From NCBI RefSeq assembly GCF_963921235.1, contig NC_086097.1, forward strand, positions 1,860,001 to 1,924,000: 64,000 nt of DNA, given 5' to 3'. Shown here piece after piece: positions 1-11,945 of the stretch. Numbering within the stretch: position 1 is the stretch's first letter; the number at the start of each line of letters is the position of its first letter. The translations under genes and the position numbers were made by a program. Source of the stretch: Mobula hypostoma (taxonomy: Eukaryota). The notes below the pieces were generated by a model. It did no database searches. It worked only from the letters and a program-made list of their open reading frames with translations, and was not told where the DNA came from.

Positions 1-335
1 ACAGGTAGTCAGAACCGCCCAGCACATCACTGGCACCGGCACCAGCCTACTCACCATCAAGGACACACAAATGTATTGGAACAGGGCCAGTAACATCTTA
101 AAGGATCCCACCCACCCTGCTTGGACTGTTTGTCCCACTCCCATCAGGGAGGAAACTACATAGCATCCACACCAGGAACAACAGACTCAACAACAGCTAC
201 TTTCCCCAAGCAGTGAGGCTGATCAACACCTCCACCCAGTAACCCGCCATCACTACTTTATCAATTTCTGTCAGTCACCTTATGCACAGACACTCCTGTG
301 CTGTGTGTCACTTTATGGACATACAATCAATCTGT
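1..335 (+). mobile_element. Rex1/Babar-type LINE, degenerate 3' fragment
   Basis: Translates to 'KDPTHP...LFVPLPSGRKLHSIHTRNNRLNNSYFPQAVRLIN', matching the C-terminus of the Rex1-type ORF at 17957-19186. Confidence 0.75.
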
Positions 336-503
336 GTGTATTGGCAGTGTTGTTGGTTCTTCCACTTGTAGGTCCTCCCACTGCCAGTGGGCGGTGATAT
401 TGATCCAAACAGTTGAAAATCTGCAGATGCTGAAAATTCAAGCTTCACACATCAAAGTTGCTGGTGAATGCAGCAGGCCAGGCAGCATCTCTAGGAAGAG
501 GTA

Positions 504-541
504 CAGTCGACGTTTCAGGCCGAGACCCTTCGTCAGGACTA
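504..541 (-). ncRNA. Minimal type I hammerhead ribozyme motif (PLE 3' end)
   Basis: Minus strand reads UAGUC-CUGACGA-AGG(GUCUCGG)CCU-GAAAC-GUC-GACUG: intact core, stem II, palindromic ACGU stem III and 5-bp helix I. Confidence 0.85.
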
Positions 542-2421
542 ACTGAAGGAAGAGTGAGTAAGAGATTTGAAAGTTGGAGGGGGAGGGGGAGGGGGAGATC
601 CAAAATGATAGGAGAAGACAGGAGGGGGAGGGATAGAGCCGAGAGCTGGACAGGTGATTGGCAAAAGGGATATGAGAGGATCATGGGACAGGAGGCCCAG
701 GGACAAGGAAAAGGGGGAGGGGGAAAAACCCAGAGGATGGGCAAAGGTATAGTCAGAGGGACAGAGGGAGAAAAAGGAGAGAGAGAGAAAGAATGTGTGT
801 ATATAAATAAATAACGGATGGGGTATGAGGGGGAGGTGGGGCATTAGCGGAAGTTAGAGAAGTCAATGTTCATGCCATCAGGTTGGAGGCTACCCAGACG
901 GAATATAAGGTGTTGTTCCTCTAACCTCAGTGTGGCCTCATCTTTACATTAGAGGAGGACGTGGATAGACATATCAGAATGGGAATGGGATGTGGAATTA
1001 AAATGTGTGGCCACTGGGAGATCCTGCTTTCTCTGGCGGACAGAGCGTAGGTGTTCAGCGAAATCTCCCAGTCTGCGTCGGGTCTCGCCAATATATAGAA
1101 GGCCACATCGGGAGCACCAGATGCAGTATATCACCCCAGCCGACTCACAGGTGAAGTGTCGCCTCACCTGGAAGAACTGTCTGGGGCCCTGAATGGTGGT
1201 GAGGGAGGAAGTGTAAGGGCATGTGTAGCACTTGTTCCGCTTACAAGGATAAGTGCCAGGAGGGAGGTCAGTGGGGAGGGACGGAGGGGGGGGGGAACGA
1301 ATGGACAAGGGAGTCGCGTAGGGAGCGATCCCTGTGGAAAGCAGAGGGGGGGGGAAGGAAAGATATGCCTAGTGGTGGGATCCCGTTGGAGGTGGCGGAA
1401 GTTACTGAGAATTATATGTTGGACCCGGAGGCTGGTGGGGTGGTGGGTGAGGACCAGGGGAACCCTATTCCTCGTGGGGTGGCGGGAGGATGGAGTGAGA
1501 GCAGATGTGCGTGAAATGGGGGAGATGCGTTTGAGAGCAGAGTTGATGGTGGAGGAAGGGAAGCCCCTTTCTTTAAAAAAGGAGGACATCTCCCTCATCC
1601 TGGAATGAAAAGCCTCATCCTGAGAGCAGATGCGGTGGAGACGGAGGAATTGTGAGAAGGGGATGGTATTTTTGCAAGAGACAGGGTGAGAAGAGGAATA
1701 GTCCAGATAGCTGTGAGAGTCAGTAGGCTTATAGTAGACATCAGTGGATAAGCTGTCTCCAGAGATAGAGACAGAAAGATCTAGAAATGGGAGGGAGGTG
1801 TCGGAAATGGACCAGGTAAACTTGAGGGCAGGGTGAAAGTTGGAGGCAAAGTTAATAAAGTCAACGAGCTCAGCATGCGTGCAGGAAGCAGCGCCAATGC
1901 AGTCATCGATGTAGCGAAGGAAAAGTGGGGGACGGATACCAGAATAGGTACGGAACATAGATTGTTCCACAAAGCCAACAAAAAGGCAGGCATAGCTAGG
2001 ACCCATACGGGTGCCCATAGCTACACCTTTAGTTTGGAGGAAATGGGAGGAGCCAAAGGAGAAATTATTAAGTGTAAGGACAAATTCTGCTAGACGGAGC
2101 AGAGTGGTGGTAGAGGGGAACTGGTTCGGTCTGGAATCAAAAAAGAAGCAGAAAGCTTTGAGACCTTCCTGATGGGGGATGGGAGTATATAGGGACTGGA
2201 CATCCATGGTGAAAATAAAGCGGTGGGGGCCAGGGAACTTAAAATCATCGAAAAGTTTAAGAGCCTGAGAAGTGCCATGAACATAGGTAGGAAGATATTG
2301 AACAAGGGGGGATAAGACAGTGTCAAGGTATGCAGAAATGAGTTCGGTGGGGTAGGAGCAAGCTGAGACAATAGGTCTGCCAGGACAGGCAGGTTTGTGG
2401 AACTTGGGTAGGAGGTAGAAA

Positions 2422-2451
2422 CCTCGGGATCAATAAAGTATGACTATGACT
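2422..2451 (+). mobile_element. 30-bp Rex1-family 3' tail insertion inside the PLE
   Basis: GGGATCAATAAAGTATGACTATGACT is the reverse complement of the Rex1 tail at 29506-29531; PLE sequence resumes after it. Confidence 0.7.
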
Positions 2452-2519
2452 AAATGGGAAGTGCGGAGTGTGACCCTCCCATCACCAGTGGGCGGTGATA
2501 TTGGTCCAAACAGTTGAAA

Positions 2520-2700
2520 ACCAGCAGATGCTGGAAATTCAAGCTACACAGACAAAACGCTGGAGGAACTCAGCAGGGCAGGCTGATGTTTTAGGCCGAA
2601 ACCCTCCAGCAGGAAACACTTAGGTTGGAGGAACAACACCTTATATTCCATTTGGCCTCTTACCTGATGGCAAGAACATCAATTTCTCAAACTCCCGGTA
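2520..2700. mobile_element. Old Penelope-derived remnants (decayed pLTR on -, GIY-YIG tail on +)
   Basis: Diverged match to 421-540, plus 'RLEEQHLIF' peptide similarity to the PLE endonuclease C-terminus. Confidence 0.65.
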
Positions 2701-3350
2701 ATGCCAGGGGAGGTGATGTCGGTCCTCCCGCCAGCAGGGGCGGTGAAGTCGGTCCCCAACCAGCTGGGGCTGTATTCTTGGTCCTCCCAGCGGCTGGAGA
2801 CGGTCCTCCCAGCAGCAGGGGCGGTCAACACCTTCCAAGCCCCATTCTCGCCCTCCTCCCGAGAGGAGTCGTCCACCGGCATTCTATACGGACTCCTGGC
2901 CGCGGGGTCCTGAGTGAGCATTTCCGGGTTCAGCTCCACGTCTGCTGCCCCGCTCGGGCCGGGGCTTGTGACAGCTCGCTCCCCGTCCTGAGGTGTCCGT
3001 CTCTCCGGGGCCGGGCCGGTCCTGTCTTGTCTGCACCCGGTAAGTGTCATCCTCGGGCCGGGGCTTGTGACAGCTCGCTCCCCGTCCCCGTCCCCGTCCC
3101 GAGGTGTCCGTCTCTCCGGGACCGGGCCGGGCTGGGCCAGGCAGGTGCGATCGGAGGAGGGGGTCGTATCGGCCGGGCTCGGGTCTGATCCTCGGGCCGC
3201 TGAAGCTGCACCTCTCTCCCCCTCGACCGGCCGGACGCGGGCCTGCCGAAGCTGACCTCTCTCCCCGCTTGGTGAGGCCCTTTTCAGGGAATCGCTGCGC
3301 GTTTCGTGTTCGCTGGAAGTCAGGTCCAGATTCATGGGCTAACTAACAGC
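2700..3350 (+). promoter_or_regulatory. CpG island, probable GOLGA5 promoter
   Basis: Only non-repeat GC/CpG-dense block in the window; GC boxes (GGGGCGG) near 2737 and 2818; ETS-like TTCCGG near 2922 and GGAAGT near 3315. Confidence 0.7.
2900..3039 (+). other. GOLGA5: Candidate non-coding exon 1 of GOLGA5 (start uncertain)
   Basis: Consensus donor CCG|GTAAGT at 3039/3040 inside the CpG island; the ATG-bearing exon at 42244 starts with a splice acceptor, so an upstream exon is required. Confidence 0.5.
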
Positions 3351-3959
3351 TTTGGTTTCCTTTGAAAGTATCCTGAATTCTGCAGGTTTCGGGTTGAGGT
3401 GCAGGGATTCTTGCGAGCAGACAACGGCGATATGTTTTCATTAGGGTATTGGAACATTACCAAGGGCTGGTTTATTTAATGCAAATAAACCCGCTGGAAT
3501 GTGCAATGTGGCAGGATGTGTGGTGACTCGGTAAACATCTGTCAAACGCCTTCACTGGAGGAGATTACATGTAGTCACAGGAAAACAATTGGATCATCTC
3601 AAAGCTTTTCTCAGAAAGTGTGACATCTCCACCAGTTTATAGGAATCTCTGGCCCACAACTCAGAATGGATTTGAGAAAGCATTGAGTACCTTGCCTCTT
3701 CCAGGAGCACGCATGTCTAGCAGTTTTCCATCCCTTGTCTGCCTTAAGATGTGTTGGCATAGGAAAGGATCCTGAAGAGATTGATAAGAATGATTCCGGT
3801 AATAAAAGGATTAACGAATGAGGAGCGTTTAATGGCTCTGAGCTGTATGCACTGGAGTTATAGAGACTGAGGGGACGAGTAGAATCTCACTGAAATCTAT
3901 CGAATATTGAAAGTGTGCTTGGGGAGGGTTGTTTACTATAGTGGGTGATATGTATTTAT

Positions 3960-6750
3960 AAGACCATAAGATATAGGAGCAGAAGTAGGCCATTTGGCCC
4001 ATCAAGTCTGCTCCACCATTCAATCATGGGCTGATTCAATTTCTTCCAGTCATCCCCACTCCCCTGCCTTCTCCCCATACCCTTTGATGCTCTGGCTGAT
4101 CAAGAACCTATCTATCTCTGCCTTAAATACACCCAATGACTTGGCCTCCACAGCCGCCTGTGGCAACAAATTCCACAGATTTACCACACTCTAACTAAAG
4201 TAATTTCTCCACATCTCTGTTCTAAATGGACGTCCTTCAATCCTGAAGTCGTGCCCTCTTGTCCTGGACTCCCTTACCATGGGAAATAACTCTGCCATAT
4301 CTAATCTGTTCAGGCCTTTTAACATTCAGAATGTTTCTATGAGATCTCCCCTCATTCTCCTGAACTCCAGGGAATACAGCCCAAGAGCTGCCAGACATTC
4401 GTCATACAGTAACTCTTTCATTCCTGGAATCATTCTTGTGAATCTCCTCTGAACCCTCTCCAATGTCAGTATATCCTTTCTAAAATAAGGAGCCCAAAAC
4501 TGCACACAGTACTTCGTGTGGTCTCACGAGTGCCTTATAGAGCCTCAGCATCATATCCCTGCTCTTATATTCTATACCTCTAGAAATGAATGTCAACATT
4601 GCATTCACCTTCTTCAGAACCAACTCAATCTGGAGGTTAACCTTTAGGGTATCTTGCACAAGGACTCCCAAGCCCCTTTGCATCTCTGAATTTTGAATTC
4701 TCTCTCCACCTAAATAATAGTCTGCCCATTTATTTCTTCCACCAAAGTGCATGACCATACAGTTTCCAACATTGTATTTCATTTGCCACTTCTTTGCCTA
4801 TTCCCATGTCTCTCTGCAGGCTCTCTGTTTCCTCAACACTACCCGCTCCTCCACCTATCTTTGTATCATCAGCAAATTTAGCCACAAATCCCTTAATGCT
4901 GTAGTCCAAACATTGTAAAAAGTAATGGTTCCAACACTGACCCTTGTGGAACTCCACAGGTAACCAGCAGCCAGCCAGAATAGGGTCCCTTGATTCCCTC
5001 TCTGTGCTTTCTGCCGACCAGCCAATGCTCCACCCATGCTAGTAACTCCCCTGTAATTCCATGGGCTCTTATCTTGCTAAGCAGCTTCATGTGTGGCATC
5101 TTGTCAAAGGCCTTCTGAAAATCCAAGTACATCACATCTACTGCATCTCCTTTGTCTACCCTGCTTGTAATTTCCTCAAAAAAAATCAGTAGGTTAGTCA
5201 GGCAGGATTTTCCTTTCAGGAAACCATGCTGGCTTTGGCCTATCTTGTCATGTGCCTACAGATACTCCATAATCTCAGCCATTACAATCGATTCCAACAA
5301 CTTCCCAACCACTGATGTCAGGCTAACAGGTCTATAGTTTCATTTCTATTGCCTGCCACCCTTCTTAAATAGTGGAGTAACATTTGCAATTTTCCAGTCA
5401 TCCGGTACAATGCCGGAATCTATCGATTCTTGAAAGATCATTGTTCGTGACTCCGCAATCTCTCCAGCTACTTCCTTCGGAACCCGAGGGTGCATTCCAT
5501 CAGGTCGAGGAGATTTATCCACCCTCAGACCATTAAACTTCCTCAACACCTTCTCAGTCGTAATTTTCACTGTACAAACTTCACTTCCCTGACACTCTTG
5601 AATGTCTGGTATACTGCAGACGTCTTCCACTGTGAAGACTGATGAAAAATACACATTCAGTTCCTCTGCCATCTCTGCATCTCTCATTACAATATCTCCA
5701 GCATCATTTAGTATTGGTCCTATATCTACCCTCGACTCCTTTTTACCCTTTATATACTTAAAAAAAGCTTTTAGTATCTTCTTTGATATTAGTTACCAAC
5801 TTCCTTTCATAATTTATCTCTTCCTTCCTAATGACCTTCTTAGTTTCCTTCTGCAAGTTTTCAAAAGCTTCCCAATCCTCTATCTTCCCACTAGCTTTGG
5901 CTTCCTTGTATGCCCTCTCTTTTGCTTTTACTTTGGCTCTGACTTCACTTGTCAGCCATGGTAGTGTCTTTCTTCCCTTTGAAATTTCTTCTTCTTATTT
6001 GGAATATATCTGTCTTGCACTTCCCTCGTTTTTTGCAGAAACCCCAGTCCTTCTTGCAAATGTCTCTTTCCAGTCAACTTCGGCCAGTTCCCCTCTCATG
6101 CCAATGTAATTTCCTTTATTCCACTGAAATACCGACATACTGGATTTTATTTTTTCCCTCTCAAATTTCAAAGTGAACTCGATCATATTGTGATCACTGT
6201 TCCCTAAGTATTCCTTAACCTTAAGCTCTCTTATCACCTCCGGATCATTACACAACACCCAATCCAGCACAGCTGATCCCCCAGTGGGCTCAACAACAAG
6301 CTGTTCGAAAAAACCATCCCTTAGACATTCTACAAATTCTCTCTCTTGAGGTCCAGTACTGACCTGGTTTTCACAATCCACTTTCATGTTAAAATCCCCA
6401 ATGATTATCATGACACTGTCTTTCTGACATGCCTTTTCTATCTCCTGCTGTAATTTGTAATCCACATCCCGGCTGCTGTTTGGAGGCCTGTATACAACTG
6501 CCATTTGGGTCCTTTTACCCTTGTCATTTCTTAACTCAACCTATCGAGGCTCTATACCTTCCGATCCTATGTCATCTCTTTCTAATGATTTAATATTATT
6601 TCTTATACACAGAGCCACACCCCCTCTGCCTACAAAGCTATCTTTCCGGTACACTGTATATCCTTGGACGTTCAGCTCCCAATGGCAGCCATCCTTTAGC
6701 CAAGTTTCAGAGATGGCCACAACATTATACTTACCAATCTGTAGCTGAAT
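3960..6750 (-). mobile_element. CR1 LINE, degenerate ORF2 (APE endonuclease to 3' tail)
   Basis: ORF fragments 'VVYRPPNS...IIGDFN...SDHNMIEF', '[16 protein letters not shown]', '[10 protein letters not shown]...GVPQGSVL', 'KFADDTK'; CR1 3' tail near 3960. Confidence 0.93.
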
Positions 6751-7057
6751 TTCGCGATTATGTATGTGTGTATATACACTGACTTGTCCGAGTATTCAGC
6801 CCCCAGCCCTTTGTTCACATAAATAAGTATTACAACCAGGGATTTTATCAATTTAACTGAGAATTTTTATTTGTGAATCACATGCTCCTTTTTTCACAGT
6901 AGAGTTCAAAAAACAGGGAAGATTGTAAAGCATGAAAAACTAAAAATTCAAAGACTTCAATGTCAGCAGTTTAAAAGTTCATTCCCCTTTGATCAATACC
7001 TAGTTGAACCACCTCTCACAGCTAATACAGCCAGTGATATTTTTCATTAAATGGCTT

Positions 7058-8135
7058 TTTTTCTTCTTCTTCTTCATGTGCCTTGCGCGTTACATGCTTG
7101 GGTGATCATGGCTTTCCACATTGAACGATCCCACGCCGCGTCAGTGATATCTCGCACACCTAGATCTGTTAGTTCTTTCACAGTGTCCATATATTTTCTT
7201 CTTTGCCTTCCTCTTCCGCGTTTCACAGACATACGGCCTTGTAACGTAAGGCATTCTATTTCTCCCTTTCTGATGACGTGGCCCAGGAATTTAAGTTTCC
7301 TCTCATTTAATGTTCTCATTAAAGATCTTTTTGTATGGGCACGTTGGAGTACTGTCTCATTAGTTGCCCTGTCTCTATATGATATTTTCAGCATTCTTCT
7401 AAGAAACCACATTTCTGTTGCTTCTAAGTTTCTTTGGAGTTCTGGTGTTATAGTCCATGTTTCGGAAACATACAGTAAGATAGAGCAGATGTAACATTTT
7501 AGTAGCCTAAGCCTTGTTATGGAAATGTGTCTGTTGGTAAAAATGGGTTTCATTTTTTGGAAGTTGGTTTTGGCAATGGCAATTCTTCTTTTTATTTCTA
7601 CTTTACTTTTAGCATCTTGTGATTAAAAAGCTACCAAGGTAAATAAAGCTGGTCTTTTGTTCAATCTCTTGGTTACCGATGTACAATTGGCAGTTGGGAG
7701 TATCCTGCTGTTTTGATATTACCATACATTTGTTTTTTTTTACAGTTGGTTAGACCAGAATCTGCACTTGTTTGTACTACTTTGTCTAGGAGGATTTGTA
7801 GGTCTTCTGCAGCACTTGCAATTAGGGTAGTATCGTCTGCGTATCCTTTATTGTTAATGTTAACACCTCCAATTTTTATCCCATCTAGGTCTTTTTCTCT
7901 GAGAATCATTTCACTATAGATATTAAATAATTCTGGTGAGGCAACGCATCCCTGGCTAACTCCTCTTTGAATTTTAGTCCAACTGCTTATATTATCAATT
8001 TTTACCATTGTCGTTTGGTTCCAATATAAATTTTGAAGGAGTTGTTGGTCTCTTCCATCAATGTTTAGTTTAGCGAGAATTTGAAATAATTTTTCATGTT
8101 GCACTTTGTCGAATGCTTTAGTGAAATCAATAAAA
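7058..8135 (-). mobile_element. RTE-clade LINE 3' fragment
   Basis: 'CFIDFTKAFDKVQH...RGVSQGCVASPELFNIYSE...YADDT' and 'LLYVSETWT...LEATEMWFLRRMLKIS...LKFLGHVIRK'; (GAA)n tail. Confidence 0.9.
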
Positions 8136-8139
8136 CATA

Positions 8140-8441
8140 AAAAGACGTAGAAACATGGAAAATAGGTGCAGGAGTAGGCCATTCGGCCCTTTGAGCCTGC
8201 ACCACCATTCAGTACGATCATGGCTGATCATCCAACTCAGAACCCCACCCCAGCCTTCCCTCCATACCCCCTGACCCCCGTAGCCACAAGGGCCATATCT
8301 AACTCCCTCTTAAATATAGCCAATGAACTGGCCTCAACTGTTTCCTGTGGCAGAGAATTCCACAGATTCACCACTCTCTGTGTGAAGAAGTTTTTCCTCA
8401 TCTCAGTCCTAAAAGGCTTCCCCTTTATCCTCAAACTGTGA
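8140..8441 (-). mobile_element. CR1 3' end, young subfamily
   Basis: Near-identical to 15910-16200 and 29620-29910. Confidence 0.9.
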
Positions 8442-9065
8442 CCGCTCATTTTGAATATCAAAATATCATTTTGATATTCAAATGCCCTCTCTTTTTTTAT
8501 GATGGACTGCATTGAGGTTTGGGGTATGTTCAGTGCCTTTGAGTTGGTCTTGTACACTTACCCAGATCTGTGCTTCTCTCTCATTTTCTTGACTTGTCTT
8601 GAATACTTTTTTGTCTTCATTTTGGTTTGTTCTATTGACAATCTACCGTACTGTTGGACTTTATAGACAGAGGAGGTATTTATTCTTATGAATTCATTGA
8701 AAACAGGTGATCCTCTAATTTTCTACATCAACAAATTGGGTGAGTTGGTAAGGTGATATACAGTATGGTATCTGAGGAAAGTTAGTCTTGTAATTACAAA
8801 GAGGATGAATACTTTTTCAGCCTCATGACTTTGGTTTTTTAAATTTTAGTAAATTATTGACAGGTTTTGGAATTTTTCTTTTGATTTGACATGAGACACA
8901 ATGTTTTGTAGATTTGCTCAAAAATCCTACTTCAATTTTTTTAAGTTTAGAAAATGAGACAGTAAAATGTGGAAAGCTGTGGTGGTTGAATACTGTGTGC
9001 AAATACAAATTACATATTTGAGTTGAGACACATTGAGTTGGAGTTTATAACTAAGCAGGGAAGAG

Positions 9066-9288
9066 TGTTATGCATTTAATATTTGAGTAATATTGTAAAT
9101 GTTTTGTTTGAAGCATTTCTTGTTACAGAATTCATTACAGGTTATATGTAAAAGTATGGGAACGACATACGTCATTGTGGCACCGCGTCATATGTATGCG
9201 CCTCACTAAAGTAAAATGAAATGAACATGTTTTATCCCTGGCTCCCGTGTTTTTCTTTCAATTATGTTTTGTAACTCCAAAAGCTCAC
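9066..9288. mobile_element. Possible solo LTR inserted before a CR1 3' fragment (9289-9565)
   Basis: Block bounded by TGTTA...CACA; no clear TSD. Confidence 0.3.
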
Positions 9289-10464
9289 AGGAATCTAGGA
9301 CAACAGGGCACGACCTCAGAATAGAGGAACCTCTATTTAGAACAGAATTGAGGAAGAATTTCTTTAGCCAGAGGGTAGTGAATCTGTGGAATTCATTGCC
9401 ATAGGTGGCTATGGAGGCCAAGTCATTGGGTATATTTAAAGCAGAGGTTGATAGGTTGTTGATTAGTCAGGGCATCAAAGGTTATGGGGAGAAGGCAGGA
9501 GAATGGAGTTGAGAGGGAAAATAAATCAGCCATGATGGAATGGCGCAGCAAACTCAGTGGGCTGAAAGATCGATTGTTTATTCATTTCCATGGATGATGC
9601 TGCCTGACATGCTGAGTTCCTCTTGTATTTTGTGTGAGGAGCATCTATACACCTTGTTTTATTAGACTTTTGTATTGCTATTGTAACTCTCTCACCGTGG
9701 CTCGTAACAAATTAGGCTTGTTAGCTATCTCTGGCTGGCAGCCACATGACTCAGCAATACATGGGTAACAGTGAGGCAGCCATCTCCAATAAGCAACACA
9801 CATTATGATTCAGGTTCAACCAAGCAGGTAAGTTGGAACGTTCCCTTGAGGCAATGAAAATTATGGTGAATGTTGTGTAAATATTGTCTTATGCAAAGTT
9901 ATCATTCACCAGAAAATAACGGAACATACACCGGCATAAACTTAAAGTGGAAGTATATTTACAAATATTTCAACTTAACAAACAGTTAACAGAGAAAGGA
10001 CCCATTACAGTTAAACTAGTCTGTAATGTGCACATAAACATTGGAACTCATTGCCGGCTAGTCGGGTGCTTCGCTTTAATTACTCATGGCGCTGAACCTA
10101 CGTTCTGCTTGGATGACACCAGCCACAATTTAAACTTCCTTCGAAATTTGTATCTAACTAATTGGCACTTCCTCTGTGGAACCATTTGTCTGCACAAAAA
10201 GCTTCCTACAACTGTGCCTGTCCTTCAGGCAGTATTCCACAAGCGCCTTCCATTTGTGCTTGCCGCACTCAGTTCTCCACTAACTCCTGCAAAAAGACCC
10301 CAAAACCAACCCATGTTCTACAAATCTGATGCAGCCAATCTCTCTCGTATGTTCTACGGAATCCCACTGGACAGAATGTTATCAAGACAAACCCAACTGG
10401 CTGACACAACATTCCTAAGCAGATCAAATGTCTCCTTATTTTAACAAAAACCCAAATACTAGAG

Positions 10465-11260
10465 CCATAGAACACTACAGCACAGAAGGCAGGCTATTCG
10501 GCCCTTCTAGTCTGTGCTGAAACATTATTCCACTAGTCCCCTTGGCCTGCATCCAGTCCATAACCCTCCAGACCTCTCCCATCCATGTACCTATCCAATT
10601 TATTCTTAAAACTTAAGAGTGAGCCTGCATTTACCACGTCAGATGGCAGCTCGTTCCACACTCCCACCGCTCTCTGAGTGAAGAAGTTCCCTGTAAAACT
10701 TTCCCCTTTCACCCTAAAGCCATGTCGTCTCGTATTTATCTCTCCTAATCTAAGTGGAAAGAGCCTATTCACATTTACTCTGTCTATACCCCTCATAATT
10801 TTGTAAACCGCTATCAAATCTCCCCTCATTCTTCTACGCTCCAAGGAATAAGTCCTAACCTGTTCAATCTTTCCCTGTAACTCAACTCCTGAAGACCCGG
10901 CAACATCCTAATAAATCTTCTCTGCACTCTTACAATCTTACTAATATCCTTCCTATAGTTAGGTGACGAGAACTGTACACAATACTCCAAATTTGGCCTC
11001 ACTAATGTCTTATACAACCTCCCCATAACATCCTAACCCCTATACTGAATACTTTGATTTATGAATGCCAGGATGCCAAAAGCCTTCTTTACAACCCTGT
11101 CTACCTGTGACACCACTTTCAGGGAATTATGTATCTGAACTCCCAGATCCCTTTGTTCCTCCACACTCCTCAGTGCCCTAGCATTTACTGTGCATGTCCT
11201 ACCTTGATCTGTCCTTCCAAAATGCAACACCTCACACTTGTTCTGCATTAAATTCCATTT
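10465..11260 (-). mobile_element. CR1 3' fragment
   Basis: 'LYKTLVRPNLEYCVQF', 'RRMRGDLIAVYKIMRG...FFTQRAVGVWNELP'; same subfamily as 58810-63100. Confidence 0.9.
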
Positions 11261-11309
11261 GGAGTATTGTGTAAAGTTTGAACAGAACACTGCGTTTTAC
11301 AGAAAAGCT

Positions 11310-11631
11310 GTTTAAAATAAAATTAAAGGCATCCGTTAGTCTTGCGAGACCATGGATCTGTGCCTGGAAAGTCTTCACTTTCCAGGGCACAGGCCTGGGC
11401 AAGGTTGTATGGAAGACCAGCAGTTGCCCATGCTGCGAGTCTCCCCTCTCCACGACACCAATGTTGTCCAAGGGAAGGGCATTAGGACCCATACAGCTTG
11501 GCACCGGTGTCATCGCAGAGCACTGTGTGATTAAGTGCCTTGCTCAAGGACACAACACGTTGCCTTGGCTGGGGCTCGACCTTACAACCTTCAGGTCGCT
11601 AGTCCAATGCCTTAACCACTTGGCCACGTGC
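11310..11631 (-). mobile_element. tRNA-derived SINE
   Basis: Minus strand begins GGCACGTGGCCAAGTGGTTAAGGC (A box) ... GGTCGAGCCCC (B-box-like), then GTGTCCTTGAGCAAGGCACTTAA, body and T-rich tail. Confidence 0.75.
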
Positions 11632-11659
11632 CCACAAAGAAAATACTTGACAGCATAAT

Positions 11660-11945
11660 TATAGTAATTGGATAGCAGACCCCTCCAGTTCAGGTGCAAA
11701 CAATCTCTTCTGTAGAGGCCTTCCCTGGAAGAAATGATCCAAAAATCTGATGCCCTCCCTCCTACACCACATGTTAAACTTTATAATCTTCCTAGCACAT
11801 GGCATGGGTGGCAATCCTGTGATCACAACCCTGGAGGTCTTGTCTTGTAAATTAGCACCTAACTCCCTGAACTCCCTATGCAGAACCTCGTCATTCCTCC
11901 TACCCGTCACTGGTACTGACATGAACCACAACTTCTGGCTGTTTG
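11660..11945 (-). mobile_element. CR1 ORF1 (SGNH esterase) fragment
   Basis: 'EVLHREFRELGANLQDKTSRVVITGL' matches ORF1 at 61739-62173. Confidence 0.8.

Larger units (their letters stand above)
450..2472 (-). mobile_element. Penelope-like retroelement (Neptune-like), 5'-truncated, frameshifted RT + GIY-YIG endonuclease
   Basis: ORF 1164-2207 has RT motifs 'MDVQSLYT', 'QTKGVAMGTRMGPSYA' and 'RYIDD'; ORF 949-1308 has 'CKRNKCYTC...GVIYCIWCSRCGLLYIGET'; hammerhead motif in the 3' end. Confidence 0.93.
6776..9005 (-). mobile_element. Tc1-like (IR/DR type) DNA transposon remnant, interrupted by RTE and CR1 insertions
   Basis: Degenerate terminal motifs AGTATTCAGCCCC (near 6790) and GGTTGAATACT (near 8983); inner repeats near 6975 and 8802; 'YKTNSKALNIPQTSMQSIIKK' resembles the Tc1 transposase HTH. 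Confidence 0.65.

Noticed and set aside
2625..3346. ORFs of 187-218 aa over the CpG island
   Set aside because: Stop-poor GC-rich DNA; no recognisable protein
9947..10444. 165-aa ORF
   Set aside because: No recognisable domain or exon structure; probably part of an LTR-like repeat (about 9871-10446) that I cannot classify
11570..11631. tRNA genes (also 34569-34640)
   Set aside because: SINE heads: followed by body and tail, one has a TSD, and no complete cloverleaf
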